This document shows, in pieces, positions 47,180 through 57,719 of a stretch of DNA of 64,000 nt. Every line of letters starts with the position of its first letter. Position 1 is the stretch's first letter. The notes beneath the pieces are model-generated. The model was given only the letters and a program-made list of their open reading frames with translations, had not been told where the DNA came from and searched no databases. Made by a program: the position numbers and the translations under genes. Source of the stretch: Tetramitus jugosus. Taxonomy: Eukaryota; Protista; Heterolobosea. The stretch lies in assembly GCA_937625935.1 (NCBI GenBank), contig OW569382.1:372001-436000 (forward strand). The letters are read 5' to 3'.

Positions 47180-47689
47180 TTTTTTTCCATACAACAATTG
47201 TTGCCTCTTTATTCAATACACTACTGTGAGTCATGATTCCGCTCAGCACCGTCAGGTGCTGAGCAGTGCTTCACTCCTCTTCACGACAGAATTAATATAT
47301 ACCTTGTGTAGTGCCTTGACACAGGCCCTCTTCATGGAATCCACCATACATCTTATCACCTTCTCTGTCTCCCTTTGTTTCCTGTCGGAGAGCACCATTT
47401 CATCCAATAGTTCTTTCCTAAAGTCCCCCTCTTTTCCCATTAGTCCCTCTAACAGTCCTTCAGAGGATCGCTTGATATTTCGTGGTTGTATCTTGCCCTT
47501 TTCATATATCGTATCGTCAAACCAGAGCACAATTTTGGCTGAGTCCGGTAGCATCAGCCTATCCAATTTAGCTTTCACCTCTTCTACGAGTTTCTTTCTG
47601 GCTGTAAGGGCAGCGTCGCACTCTACCAACAGATGTAAAATGCTCTCCGGTGCAGCGCCACAATTAAGACGCTTTGCATCTAAACTGGA
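47180..47689 (-). mobile_element. LINE copy E: 5'-truncated (~510 bp); TSD TCTTAGACTTATAGT (47165-79 / 47690-704)
   Basis: ORF2 C-terminus (ESILHLLVEC, GKIQPRNIKR), poly(A), hairpin and 15-bp TSD; 5' end is 42 bp upstream of tRNA-Ile. Confidence 0.92.
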
Positions 47690-47731
47690 TCTTAGACTTA
47701 TAGTGTAACTGAGTAGAAAGTTAATATTCAA

Positions 47732-47804
47732 GGTCGTTTAGCTCAGTCGGTAGAGCGTTGGTCTAATAAGCCATTGGTCGCAGGTTCGATCCCTGCAACG
47801 ACCA
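47732..47804 (+). tRNA. tRNA-Ile(AAT)
   Basis: Acceptor stem GGTCGTT/AACGACC, TAGCTCAGTCGGTAGAGC, anticodon loop CTAATAA, GGTTCGATCCC, and TTTT terminator. Confidence 0.95.
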
Positions 47805-48166
47805 ACATTTTCTCTTGCAAGAGGAAAGTAGATGTTCCGCTTGTCTATCCTTGGAGATTGAATATTCGACCAGGAATTATTCTTTTAGGACACCCGAAAT
47901 GGCGTCCTCCGTTGTAGGGTTCATTTCCCAGCAACGAACACAATCCACCTATCACACCACATATCGAGAGTGAGCTTATTGATCAAGCAGTCGCAAGAAA
48001 CTAGTTGAGTGAAGGTCATCCCATTTTTTGTTTATTGTCTACTACCACCCGAACGACACACGCACACAAACAAAAAGCAACATACTACCCAAAGAAAAAG
48101 CTCACGGCACACACACACAAAATCACTCAAAACAAAAGCTTTGTTGTGGTGCGAGCTTGAACAACA

Positions 48167-51100
48167 ATGCAAGCGACTCATCCATCATTTTTTCTTCATG
48201 GTCAGAGTCCATCAACGACAACAACTACAACAACAATAAATCTACGGCATCAACTACAACAACCCATTACTAGTAAAAAGAGAGGAAAAACGAAACATCA
48301 AGAATCATCATCATCATCATTCTATGAGAGTCATCATCAAAAACAAAAACAACAACGATTAGTGATCAACACGCATGCACTCGCACTGTTCATCATCATC
48401 ACGATATATACCCTAGTTTCATCATTTTTCTCACTACCATTTACTAGGACCATGTTTGATATCAATCATCCTCCAATGATGATGATGATGATACCATTTG
48501 TAGGTGCACAGAGCTTTGATCATCCACTGAATGAATATGTTTTTGGTTCTCCATTATCTCCCTTATTGTCCTTTGTATCACCCTATTCAAGCTCATTTTC
48601 ATCTTCTTATCCATCGTATGAAAAAGTGTTCAACAATGAGTCAGTGTTGAAATTTGGTCAGAGTTGTGCAATCACAGGACCCAATCGTTCACCTTGTCTA
48701 GAGTTTAATAAGGGAGTGAAGGCAGCTCTGCATGAAATCAATAAGAATGGACTATGGGGAAATTCCAAGAGAATTCAAGTGGAGACAGTGGACGATGCGT
48801 ACAAGGCAACTCTTACATACAATAATACGATGGCATTCTTAGAGAGAGATGACGTGTTTGGTTTGTTTGGTTATGTGGGATCAGCGAATGCTTATGTATT
48901 GTATCAGTTGTTTGTTTCGTTTTTTTTTTGATGTCATGTTTTTTTTTCATACTTGTGTGCAGTGTTTGCATCATTATGTTTTTTGTATTATGTTTTTTGT
49001 ATTGTGTGAGCTAACATGTCCTCTTGCTTGTTTTTATATCCTTTTTTCATTGTTCGTGATGTAGGCTGTGTATGCTGAGGTTGTTGAGTCGGGTATACCG
49101 CTTATTTCAACACTGTCGGGTGCTTCTTTTCTGAGGACTCCGTTCTACCCTAACATTATCAATATCAGAGCTGGATATATGGAAGAAGTGGCTGCGATGG
49201 TTGATTTTCTAGTGAATGAAAAACACATTTTTCGAATGTCGTTGCTCTATCAGAATGATGCATTTGGATTAGCAATACGATCAAGTGTTTACACTGTGCT
49301 TACACAGCTCGAACTCTCACTGCAGTCAGAGGGCAATTACTCTACAATCGATTACAAGCTCGATGAAGCTATTGAGGATATATCAGAGGGTGAACCACGA
49401 GCCATTTTAATTGGTGGATCATATGTAGTGGCTGCTCAATTTGTGAGAAAAGTGAGAGAGTCTCAGCTCTTCAACAGACCACGAGACATTGTGTTTATTG
49501 CTATATCTTTTGGAGGAACAGACGCTTTTGCTCAAGAGTTACAAGCGAATGAATGGTACAATATTTATTCAACCCAAGTCATGCTTTCGCCATTGGACTA
49601 CTCGAAGACGTTGAATCAAAATTTTCTGAAATCTTTGAGAGAGATCGGTGAATTCTCAGAACCTTCTTTTCTGTCACTCGAGGGATATTTGTCAATGCGA
49701 CTGGTAGCCACTGTGATTCAGCAAATTACAGGAAATTTGACTCGAACAAACTTCTTGACCACACTCTATTCACTGTCATCGATTGTGGTAGATGGAGTAT
49801 CTGTCGGACCGTTCTCTTGGTGCTCATCACCCGGAAAGTATAATTACTCTTCAGTGATCTCTAATATACCCACAACTACATGCAAGGATTGTAATAGTGG
49901 ATTAGACTCAGTGTGGATTGCTACCATTCAATCCACCTCGCACAATACCTCGCGCTTTGTGGATTCGGATAACCAATATTCCTGGAGTGCAACTTGTGGA
50001 TATGAACCAAGTTCAATTAGTTTACCAATCGTGTTCGGTCAGAGCATTCAAAGTAATGATACACGTGGTAATTCGATGACATTTGGTATTAGCATTGCCT
50101 TTGAGCAATACAATCAACTTGCAACAGTGAACAACAGAAGGAAACTTGTTCTAGTGACCATGACCCATAGCAATAATACATCACTATTGAGAAACATGTG
50201 GGATATGTTGAATGATAACAACATATTGGGATTCGTGGGTTTCACTGGACAAATAGTACGAACTGTAGCACTGCCAGAGTTGCAAACAGAGATGGCTGGC
50301 ATTCCATTAATTGGAACCAATATTGCCGATGCCGACATGATTCATCCGTACATCTCCAATGTTATTAATATTAGACTTTCGGAACGTGAAGAACTTGCGT
50401 CCATAGTCAACTATGTCCTCAACACTTTTGGATATACAAGAATATCAATGATTTGTCCTTCTACATATATGAGCGTGTTTAGCTTCTTGGACGAAGTATT
50501 GACAACACTTGGTTTAGAAATTGAGAGTTACTATCAGTATAATCGAACTATGCTTGTCAATGACGAGTCATACATTCAGATGTTGCGCAATTTGACAGTG
50601 AATGGATCTGATCCTCAAGTAATCATATTTGCTGGTAGATCTGACGCCATTTTATCAAAGATATTAACTATGATAGAAACGAGTGATGTTGGATTACGAG
50701 ATGATGTAATGGTCTCATTTGTCTCGACTCTCGCATTGAATGTGATCGCCGAACAGTTATCAGCAAACGGTATTACTCGTCGGGTGTATGCAAGCTCTGT
50801 TGTCCCTGCTCCTACAGATGTCACCAATTCATTAATCGTCGCTTTTCAACAAGCAGCATCATCCAATTCAAACTCTATTGAACTATCGCGGTTTGCAGCT
50901 GTCGAGGGTTATTTAATCGGCAAGTTCGTTGCTAATATGTTGAGTCTCAGAGGAACTGACGTTGATTTATCATCTGAACAGTTGCTAAGGGAAATCTATG
51001 TGTGGGGTGAGTACTATATCGAGAGTGTCCATTTAGGAAAATATGTGAATGACTCAGGAGATCAGTCACCCTGCAATGTAGGCATGCGAACTATTTACCT

Positions 51101-53759
51101 CACTGAGTATAATCCGACCGGAGGTTCATTCGATAAGATTGCAGACACAGATGGAACCTTCACAGTGCCTTCAACTGAATGTGGACTTACGACGAATCAA
51201 TCGATCGCAAACAGTATGAAAAAACCCTATATATTTGGCTATCTTCGTAAAGCCGGAACAGAAATATCAGAATACGAGAAGGGTTTAACAGCATTGTTCG
51301 CCTCTGTCAATTCGAATACTGGAAGGGTACTTGGACGATTAAAACTTGTTTCTGTCGAGTATGAAGAAGGTGTTTCTCCACTCTCTGCTGTTAAAGAGTT
51401 GATAGATAAGTATAAAGTTTACGCGATTGTTGGACTGGGCTCCATGTACGACATATCTGAAGTGGCAAAGTATATGGCAACGAGAAAAGTTCCACTAATT
51501 GGACCCGTTGCCGGTAATTTAGACATTAGAAAACCGTACAACCGTTATGTTGTTAATATTCAGCCGTCAATTGTTGATGAGTTTGTCGCTGCTGCTAGAT
51601 ATCTGATGACGTATGGGAGTGCCAACTCTTTCGTAATTGCATATGACTCTGGTAGCTCTTACTGGAGTCAATGTCTCAGTGATATCATATCATTTGTTAG
51701 AAAGGATCAGAAACAACATATCAAAATCTCAGCAACAATATCCATATCCATGAGCGACTATGCTAGTTATCGCCGAGTTCAGTACAGCCGAGGCAGTATC
51801 CTGGTTGTTTTAGCAGAGCCCGAATTATCAGCCTCACTCATTATTTTCCTGCTACAGACGACGTACAGTGCTGATTTTGTCCTTCCATCTGAAACTGGAA
51901 CACAAGAGCTGGCTACAATGTTGAAGCCCTACGCCAGTACACTGTCATCAAGACGTATGCTGTACATGACTCAAACCTTGTCACCACCTGCTAATATACA
52001 ACGAAGATCATTGATGGGTGCCTGGGATGCCGATGATGCGTTCGGAAACAACTTCTTATCCATCTACAGTCAAGTCTACCCTAATTCGTATCCCACACCC
52101 CAAACTATGAACGGTTATTTGGCAGGTCGCTTGATTGATGAGGTGTTTTCTTTGATGTCCAAAACTGTTGGAATTACCACAGTTGACTCAGAAACATTTT
52201 TGAATACTCTCTACACTGCTTCCTCCTTTAACTTTGATTATGTAAAGTTAGGGCCGGTTGGAGTGGAGTGCTCAAAGACTGTCAAACGAACCGATAACTC
52301 CCGTCTGTCATTCGACTATTGTTCCAGTCTCTCTATTGGCTGTGATTGTAATCAAGCAGCCCGAACAGTGTACATGTCCTCTCTGAATTCAATCGTCAAT
52401 GAGCTTCGATTTACTAACATTATCGAAGGTGAATTAACCTTTGCCGATTGCGGTGTTACAGCGACTCGCAATACCAAAGTTATCAATCCAGGTATCTACT
52501 CTCTAATTTCAATTGTTGGTGTGTTGGCGCTCGTGTTCCTGTGCGTTTTGGTATTCGTGGTGTACAAGTGCATTCGAAGGAAGGATCGAACAAGATATGC
52601 TCCAAAAAAGAATGGTCTCTTGACATGCGTTTTTACAGATGTCCAGAGCAGTACATCACTGTGGCAGAATCACGAGAAACCAATGAAGCTTGCTCTTCAA
52701 ATGCATAATCGGGTGATGAGACAGAATTTGGTCGAGTTCAGAGGTCACGAAGTTAAAACTGTTGGTGATTCGTTTATGTGTGTGTTCCGACAACCCTGTG
52801 ATGCAGTTGATTGGGCTGTTCGAGTTCAAAAAGATCTGTTGGAGGTCAAGTGGCCATCAGACATTATTTGCAATTATGAGTGCAGGCAGCAGTGGGATGA
52901 TGAATCAAAAGCACTCATGTGGAGTGGTCTTCGAGTCCGTATTGGTATTCATTATGGCTATGCTGACTATAACTTTGACATCACGACGAGGCGTCCTGAT
53001 TACTATGGTCCAACTATCAATTGTGCAGCCCGAGTAGAGTCAGTGGCTCGTGGTGGTGAGATTTTGATCACGGATGCCGTTTATCGTCGAACACAGTTCA
53101 TGTTCTCTGATACGAGATTTAGAGAAGATAACCAGTGGGCTCAAGGACCTCCCATTGATACAACTGGAGCCTCATCAGCTGCTGTTAGCACCACAAATAT
53201 CGAAACTGAGTCGTCAACATTCTACAGTCAAGAGTCCGGTAAGGAACGAGTCAGAGATAAGAGGATGAAGCGAGTCAAGGCCGCACGATTCGAGTCCTAT
53301 CGTTTAATTGATGTGGGGCAATTCTCATTGAAGGGCATCTCTGATGCAGTACGTCTTTATCAGGTCGCACCATTGAGTCATGCAATCTCAAAACGTGACT
53401 TCCCAGAGTTCCAAATTGATAGTACGAAGGATGATACACCTATGATGGGAGAAATAGACGATACTGCATTGACTACTTCTAACAAGAGGTCGACCATGCC
53501 CTCAACAACAATAGACATTGAATTGATTGACGTGAGTTGCGAAGTTGTAGCCAACCAGGTGTCAATCCAAGATGAGTCAAGGTCTCCCTCTGTTACACCG
53601 CGCAACGAGGCTGAAATCAAGAATGTGCCCGATGAGATTACACTCACAAAAGATGGTTCAGATGCTGGAGATGCTGCCACCAACGAATCACAACTTAGCA
53701 TTGTTCCCTCTATCGACTCTGAAGTCCCGCACAAGGACAAAGAAGAGCCGCAACAATAA
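48167..53759 (+). CDS. Receptor-type adenylate cyclase with tandem periplasmic-binding-protein-like ectodomains; intron 48896-49064
   Basis: Three repeats of FGQ/FGY..G(I/V)PLI..(I/V)INIR..EGY. Single TM. Class III cyclase motifs FTDVQSST, EVKTVGDSFM, RVRIGIH and DYYGPTINCAARVE. Confidence 0.9.
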
Positions 53760-53867
53760 AACCCACTTCCAGAAAATGCACGAAGTGTCACACTTTGGCC
53801 TGGGCTAATTATCTGTTCTGATGGGGAAGCTTTGCCAGAAAACAAACAACACCAAATAAAATTCAGA

Positions 53868-54866
53868 ATGAGTTTCTCAAGTGTTTCTCTGTTGAAGCAA
53901 TCACTTCAAACTGCCCTGAAAAAACACGCCAACACTGCTAAAGCTGCTGGGAAGCAAAAGTACTTCAAGAATGTGATTCAATTCCATGGTTTGGATACCC
54001 CTGTGCTTCAATCCTCTGTTTTCACTCCTATTTTCAATGAGTCCATCAAGAAAATTCCACTCCCTGAACAGGTTGATCTGGCGTGTGAACTGCTGACGAG
54101 CAAGTACGCTGAAGAAAAGTATTGTGGAATTATGCTGCTGAGCAAGAATGTGAAGAATATTGCAAAGTTTGTTGCTGCTGACCAAAAGCTGAAGAAGAAG
54201 GAGGAAGAGGAAGACAATGTGACGTTCACAGAGACTTTTTTAACAAAATTGGAGACCCATATCGATGATCATGTGTACGATTGGGGTACTTGCGACGTGT
54301 TGAGCTCCAAAGTCATTTGTGAGCTCATCAAGTTGAATCCAACACTAGTTGCTCCCTTGGTTCAACAATGGAAGAGCTCACCCAAATTGTGGAGACAGAG
54401 AGCTGCATGTGTAAGTTTTGTCAAGATTGCTCGTCATGGGCAGCACAACCAAACAATCATTGACATTTGTGAGACATGTGTTCAAAACCAGGAACGCTTT
54501 GTTCAATTGGGCTGCGGATGGGTTCTCAGAGAATTGTCCCTGTCTGATCTCAAGTTAGTTGTGCAGTTCATTACAGAACACTATGACTCCTTTATCAGAG
54601 AAGGTCTCAGATATGCGATTGAGAAGATGGAACCACAATTAAGATCACAGTTATTGGCCTACAAGGCTGGTGATGAAATTAAACTGGACCAGAGCTCCCA
54701 AAAGAAGAAGTCAAAGGGGCTTTCAGTACGGAAGAAACGTGCAGTAGAATCAGATGATGAGAGTGAGAAGTCTGAGGAGTCAAGTGATGATGAGGATCAT
54801 CAACCTGCTGAGAAACGAAATGCAAGAGTCACAAGGAGTCAAAGTAAAAAACTTCGCACTTCCTAA
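53868..54866 (+). CDS. AlkD-like DNA alkylation repair (HEAT-like) protein
   Basis: Motifs DWGTCDVL, W..S..LWRQR, FVQLGCGWVLRE and LRYAIEK; basic NLS-like tail. Confidence 0.85.
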   Translation: MSFSSVSLLKQSLQTALKKHANTAKAAGKQKYFKNVIQFHGLDTPVLQSSVFTPIFNESIKKIPLPEQVDLACELLTSKYAEEKYCGIMLLSKNVKNIAKFVAADQKLKKKEEEEDNVTFTETFLTKLETHIDDHVYDWGTCDVLSSKVICELIKLNPTLVAPLVQQWKSSPKLWRQRAACVSFVKIARHGQHNQTIIDICETCVQNQERFVQLGCGWVLRELSLSDLKLVVQFITEHYDSFIREGLRYAIEKMEPQLRSQLLAYKAGDEIKLDQSSQKKKSKGLSVRKKRAVESDDESEKSEESSDDEDHQPAEKRNARVTRSQSKKLRTS

Positions 54867-55142
54867 TGGCGAAAGTCGCAACTTTACAATACCACACAAA
54901 AATTTCTTGGTTGACAACACACGTAATTGTATTTTTTTTGGATGAGAGCTCTGATCAGGATGACAAAAATAGTGCCGCGTATGGTGCAATAGAGAACAAT
55001 GGAACCTTAACCATACGCGGCACTATTTTTGCAAGCTTTTATCCCTATTCCTAATACTGCAACAACAACATACAACAAACTAACCACCCAACAACTGTAA
55101 ATACAACTAATCAACCAGCCAACCAAACCAACTTACAGAAAA

Positions 55143-55742
55143 ATGGTCGAAGCCAAACAACAGAAATCCACTATCCACCAAGAACAAATTAACATCATTG
55201 AAGAGAAACCAGTGCTAGACAAGATTGAAACTCTGGTGCATAAGGATGTCATCGAACAAGCACATGTCCACGAGGTGATCAAGCAGAGAGAGATTGAAAT
55301 TCATGAGAAACCTATTGAGAAGCAAGTGTTGCATCCAGAGAAGGAAATTTTCGTAAAGGAAGCAGATGAATTTGAAGTATTTGGAAGAGAAAAGGCACTA
55401 TCGGAGAGAAACAAGTTGATCAAGGATTTAAGGGAAGCAGATGTTGGTCATGAAATCAAGATGGAAGAAAGAAGCGATGTGAGAGTGATCGAACAAGCAC
55501 CTTCAGTGACGGTGGACCACGAACTCACAAGAGAAATCATTGAAAGACCTATTGTGACTGAAATCCATCATCAACCAGTGAAGGAAGTTCACGAAAGAGA
55601 CATCCATAAGACTATTTATGAAACTCCAATCGTAAAGGTTGTGAGAGAAGAAACTGTCAAGGAAGTGATCACTGTCTCCTCCCCTGTCCCATTAAGCACC
55701 AACATTGCGACGACCACTATCAAGGAACACAAATTATTGTAA
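55143..55742 (+). CDS. Repetitive E/K/I/V/H-rich protein (possible cytoskeletal/cyst protein)
   Basis: Internal repeats IIEEKPV/IIERPIV and EIHEKPI/EIHHQPV/EVHE. Confidence 0.65.
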   Translation: MVEAKQQKSTIHQEQINIIEEKPVLDKIETLVHKDVIEQAHVHEVIKQREIEIHEKPIEKQVLHPEKEIFVKEADEFEVFGREKALSERNKLIKDLREADVGHEIKMEERSDVRVIEQAPSVTVDHELTREIIERPIVTEIHHQPVKEVHERDIHKTIYETPIVKVVREETVKEVITVSSPVPLSTNIATTTIKEHKLL

Positions 55743-56057
55743 ATTAAACCTCCGTTTAAATTGTTACCACCCATATTTTTTTTCATGACAAAAAATTGGA
55801 GGAGTATAGGAAAAACTTGAATGACTTCGGTCCTACTTGAATGATGGTTAATTATTGTACTGAAAGTCATGAAAACCCAAAAGGGTTGTGATTACACATT
55901 TCAAACACTGACACGCCAAACTTTTGTCTTGTCCAATCTCCGGTTGTCTTTCGTGTTCGCCAACTTTCCAACTGGCAACGGAAATGCCGTAAAACACGCA
56001 GCCTTCCAATCAAAAAAAAAATCTTCTGCTGTCGTCTCAACAAACAAAAACAACATC

Positions 56058-57650
56058 ATGTTCAAATCAATTATTGCAACCTTGTTGTTGCTCTGCTCCT
56101 TGTCAGTATTCGTTTCTGCTGACTTGCCTGTCCACTGTTTGTTCCACCAAATTCAAGGTATGTTATGCTTGCTCAACCACCGTTCACACCCATGAACAAG
56201 TGCAAAAAAAAAGCTACCACAAAAAATCACCTCACCAATCACACATGATAACTAACATCTTTGAAAAAAAACAGGAACATGGGAATTGTCGCTTACAACA
56301 GGCGGTAAAACCAGAGACATTGTCAACACGTGCACCCTCAATAGCACACTCTCCATTGACTCCAAAATCAACATTCGTCTCACTGCTCCTGATGTCGTGA
56401 GAGATGACACTGGTATGAACATTGGTTTCTGGACATTGATTTATGATCAAGGTTTCGAAGCTGTTTTCACTCTTCAAGGAGAGTCCAAACCTCGCAAGTT
56501 CCTTAGCTTTTTCCACTATACTGAAGATCAAGACGGTGTAGTGACGAGCAACTGTGATAGAACTTTTGTTGGTTGGTATCATGATGCCACTGGTGCGAAT
56601 CCATCCAACTGGGGCTGTTTCCAAGGTAAAAGATTGAGTGATGAACAACCATTGTTCTCCTTGACCAATATTCGTAAGCCAAATATGCCTGTTTTCAATG
56701 CCAAACAGCTCTTTAAAAACGATGCTGCTTTGATTGAAAAAATTAACAAGGGAAATTTTGGATGGAGCGCAAAAGCTTATCCACACTTTGAACAATTGAC
56801 CAATGGAGATGTTCAGAGAATTTCTGGTAGAAGAATCAATCCATTTGCAAAGACTGCATTGCAAAATACGAGCAAATTCCTCAAATCACTCAAGTCAAAG
56901 GTGACTCAGACTCCAGTGAGTCAAATGAAGGTCAATCTACCAGAGGCATGGGATTGGAGAAATGTTTCTGGTGTCAACTATGTTTCCCCTGTTAGAAATC
57001 AACTCAAATGTGGCTCATGCTACGCATTTGCTGCCATGGGTATGTTTGAAGCTAGATTGAGAATCAAGACCAAGAATCAAGATCAAACCATTCTTTCTCC
57101 ACAAGATGTGGTTGACTGCAGTGTTTACTCTCAGGGATGTGATGGTGGATTCCAATACCTTGTTTCCAAGTATGCTGAAGACTTTGGATTGACATCTGAA
57201 CAATGTGATCCTTATGTCGGATCTGATGAAAAGTGCTCCAACAAGTGTGCAGGTCAAAAGAGACTCTATGGTACTGGATATGCCTATGTTGGTGGATTCT
57301 ATGGTGGTGCTAGCGAGGAGGCCATGATGAGAGAGATTTATCTCAATGGTCCTGTTGTTGTTGGTTTTGAGGTGCATCCTGACTTCCGTAACTACAATGG
57401 TGGTGTTTACAGACACAGTGGATTGAAGTCTAGCCAAGACCCACAATTCTTTGAAGTCAATCACGCTGTTTTGGCTGTTGGTTGGGGTGTTGATCCAGTT
57501 CAAGGAAAGTATTGGATCATCAAGAACAGTTGGTCCGAGGACTGGGGACTCAAGGGATACTTCTTGATTGCCAAGGGTGTTCCAGGTTATGGTGGTGAAT
57601 GTGGTGTTGAATCTGATGCCGTCAGCGCTCATCCACAACAATGGATGTAA
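56058..57650 (+). CDS. CTSC: Cathepsin C (dipeptidyl peptidase I); intron 56158-56274
   Basis: Signal peptide plus ADLPVHC exclusion domain, WTLIYDQGFE, QLKCGSCYAF, NHAVLAVGWG and KNSW. Confidence 0.93.
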
Positions 57651-57719
57651 GGAACTCTTGCAATAAAATAGTTTACTGAAGTAAGAAGTGAAAACCTTTG
57701 ATTGAAATAAGGAGAAATT

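Noticed and set aside
46977-47708. 243-aa plus-strand ORF and many other short antisense ORFs
   Set aside because: Shadow ORFs opposite real genes or spanning mobile-element junctions.
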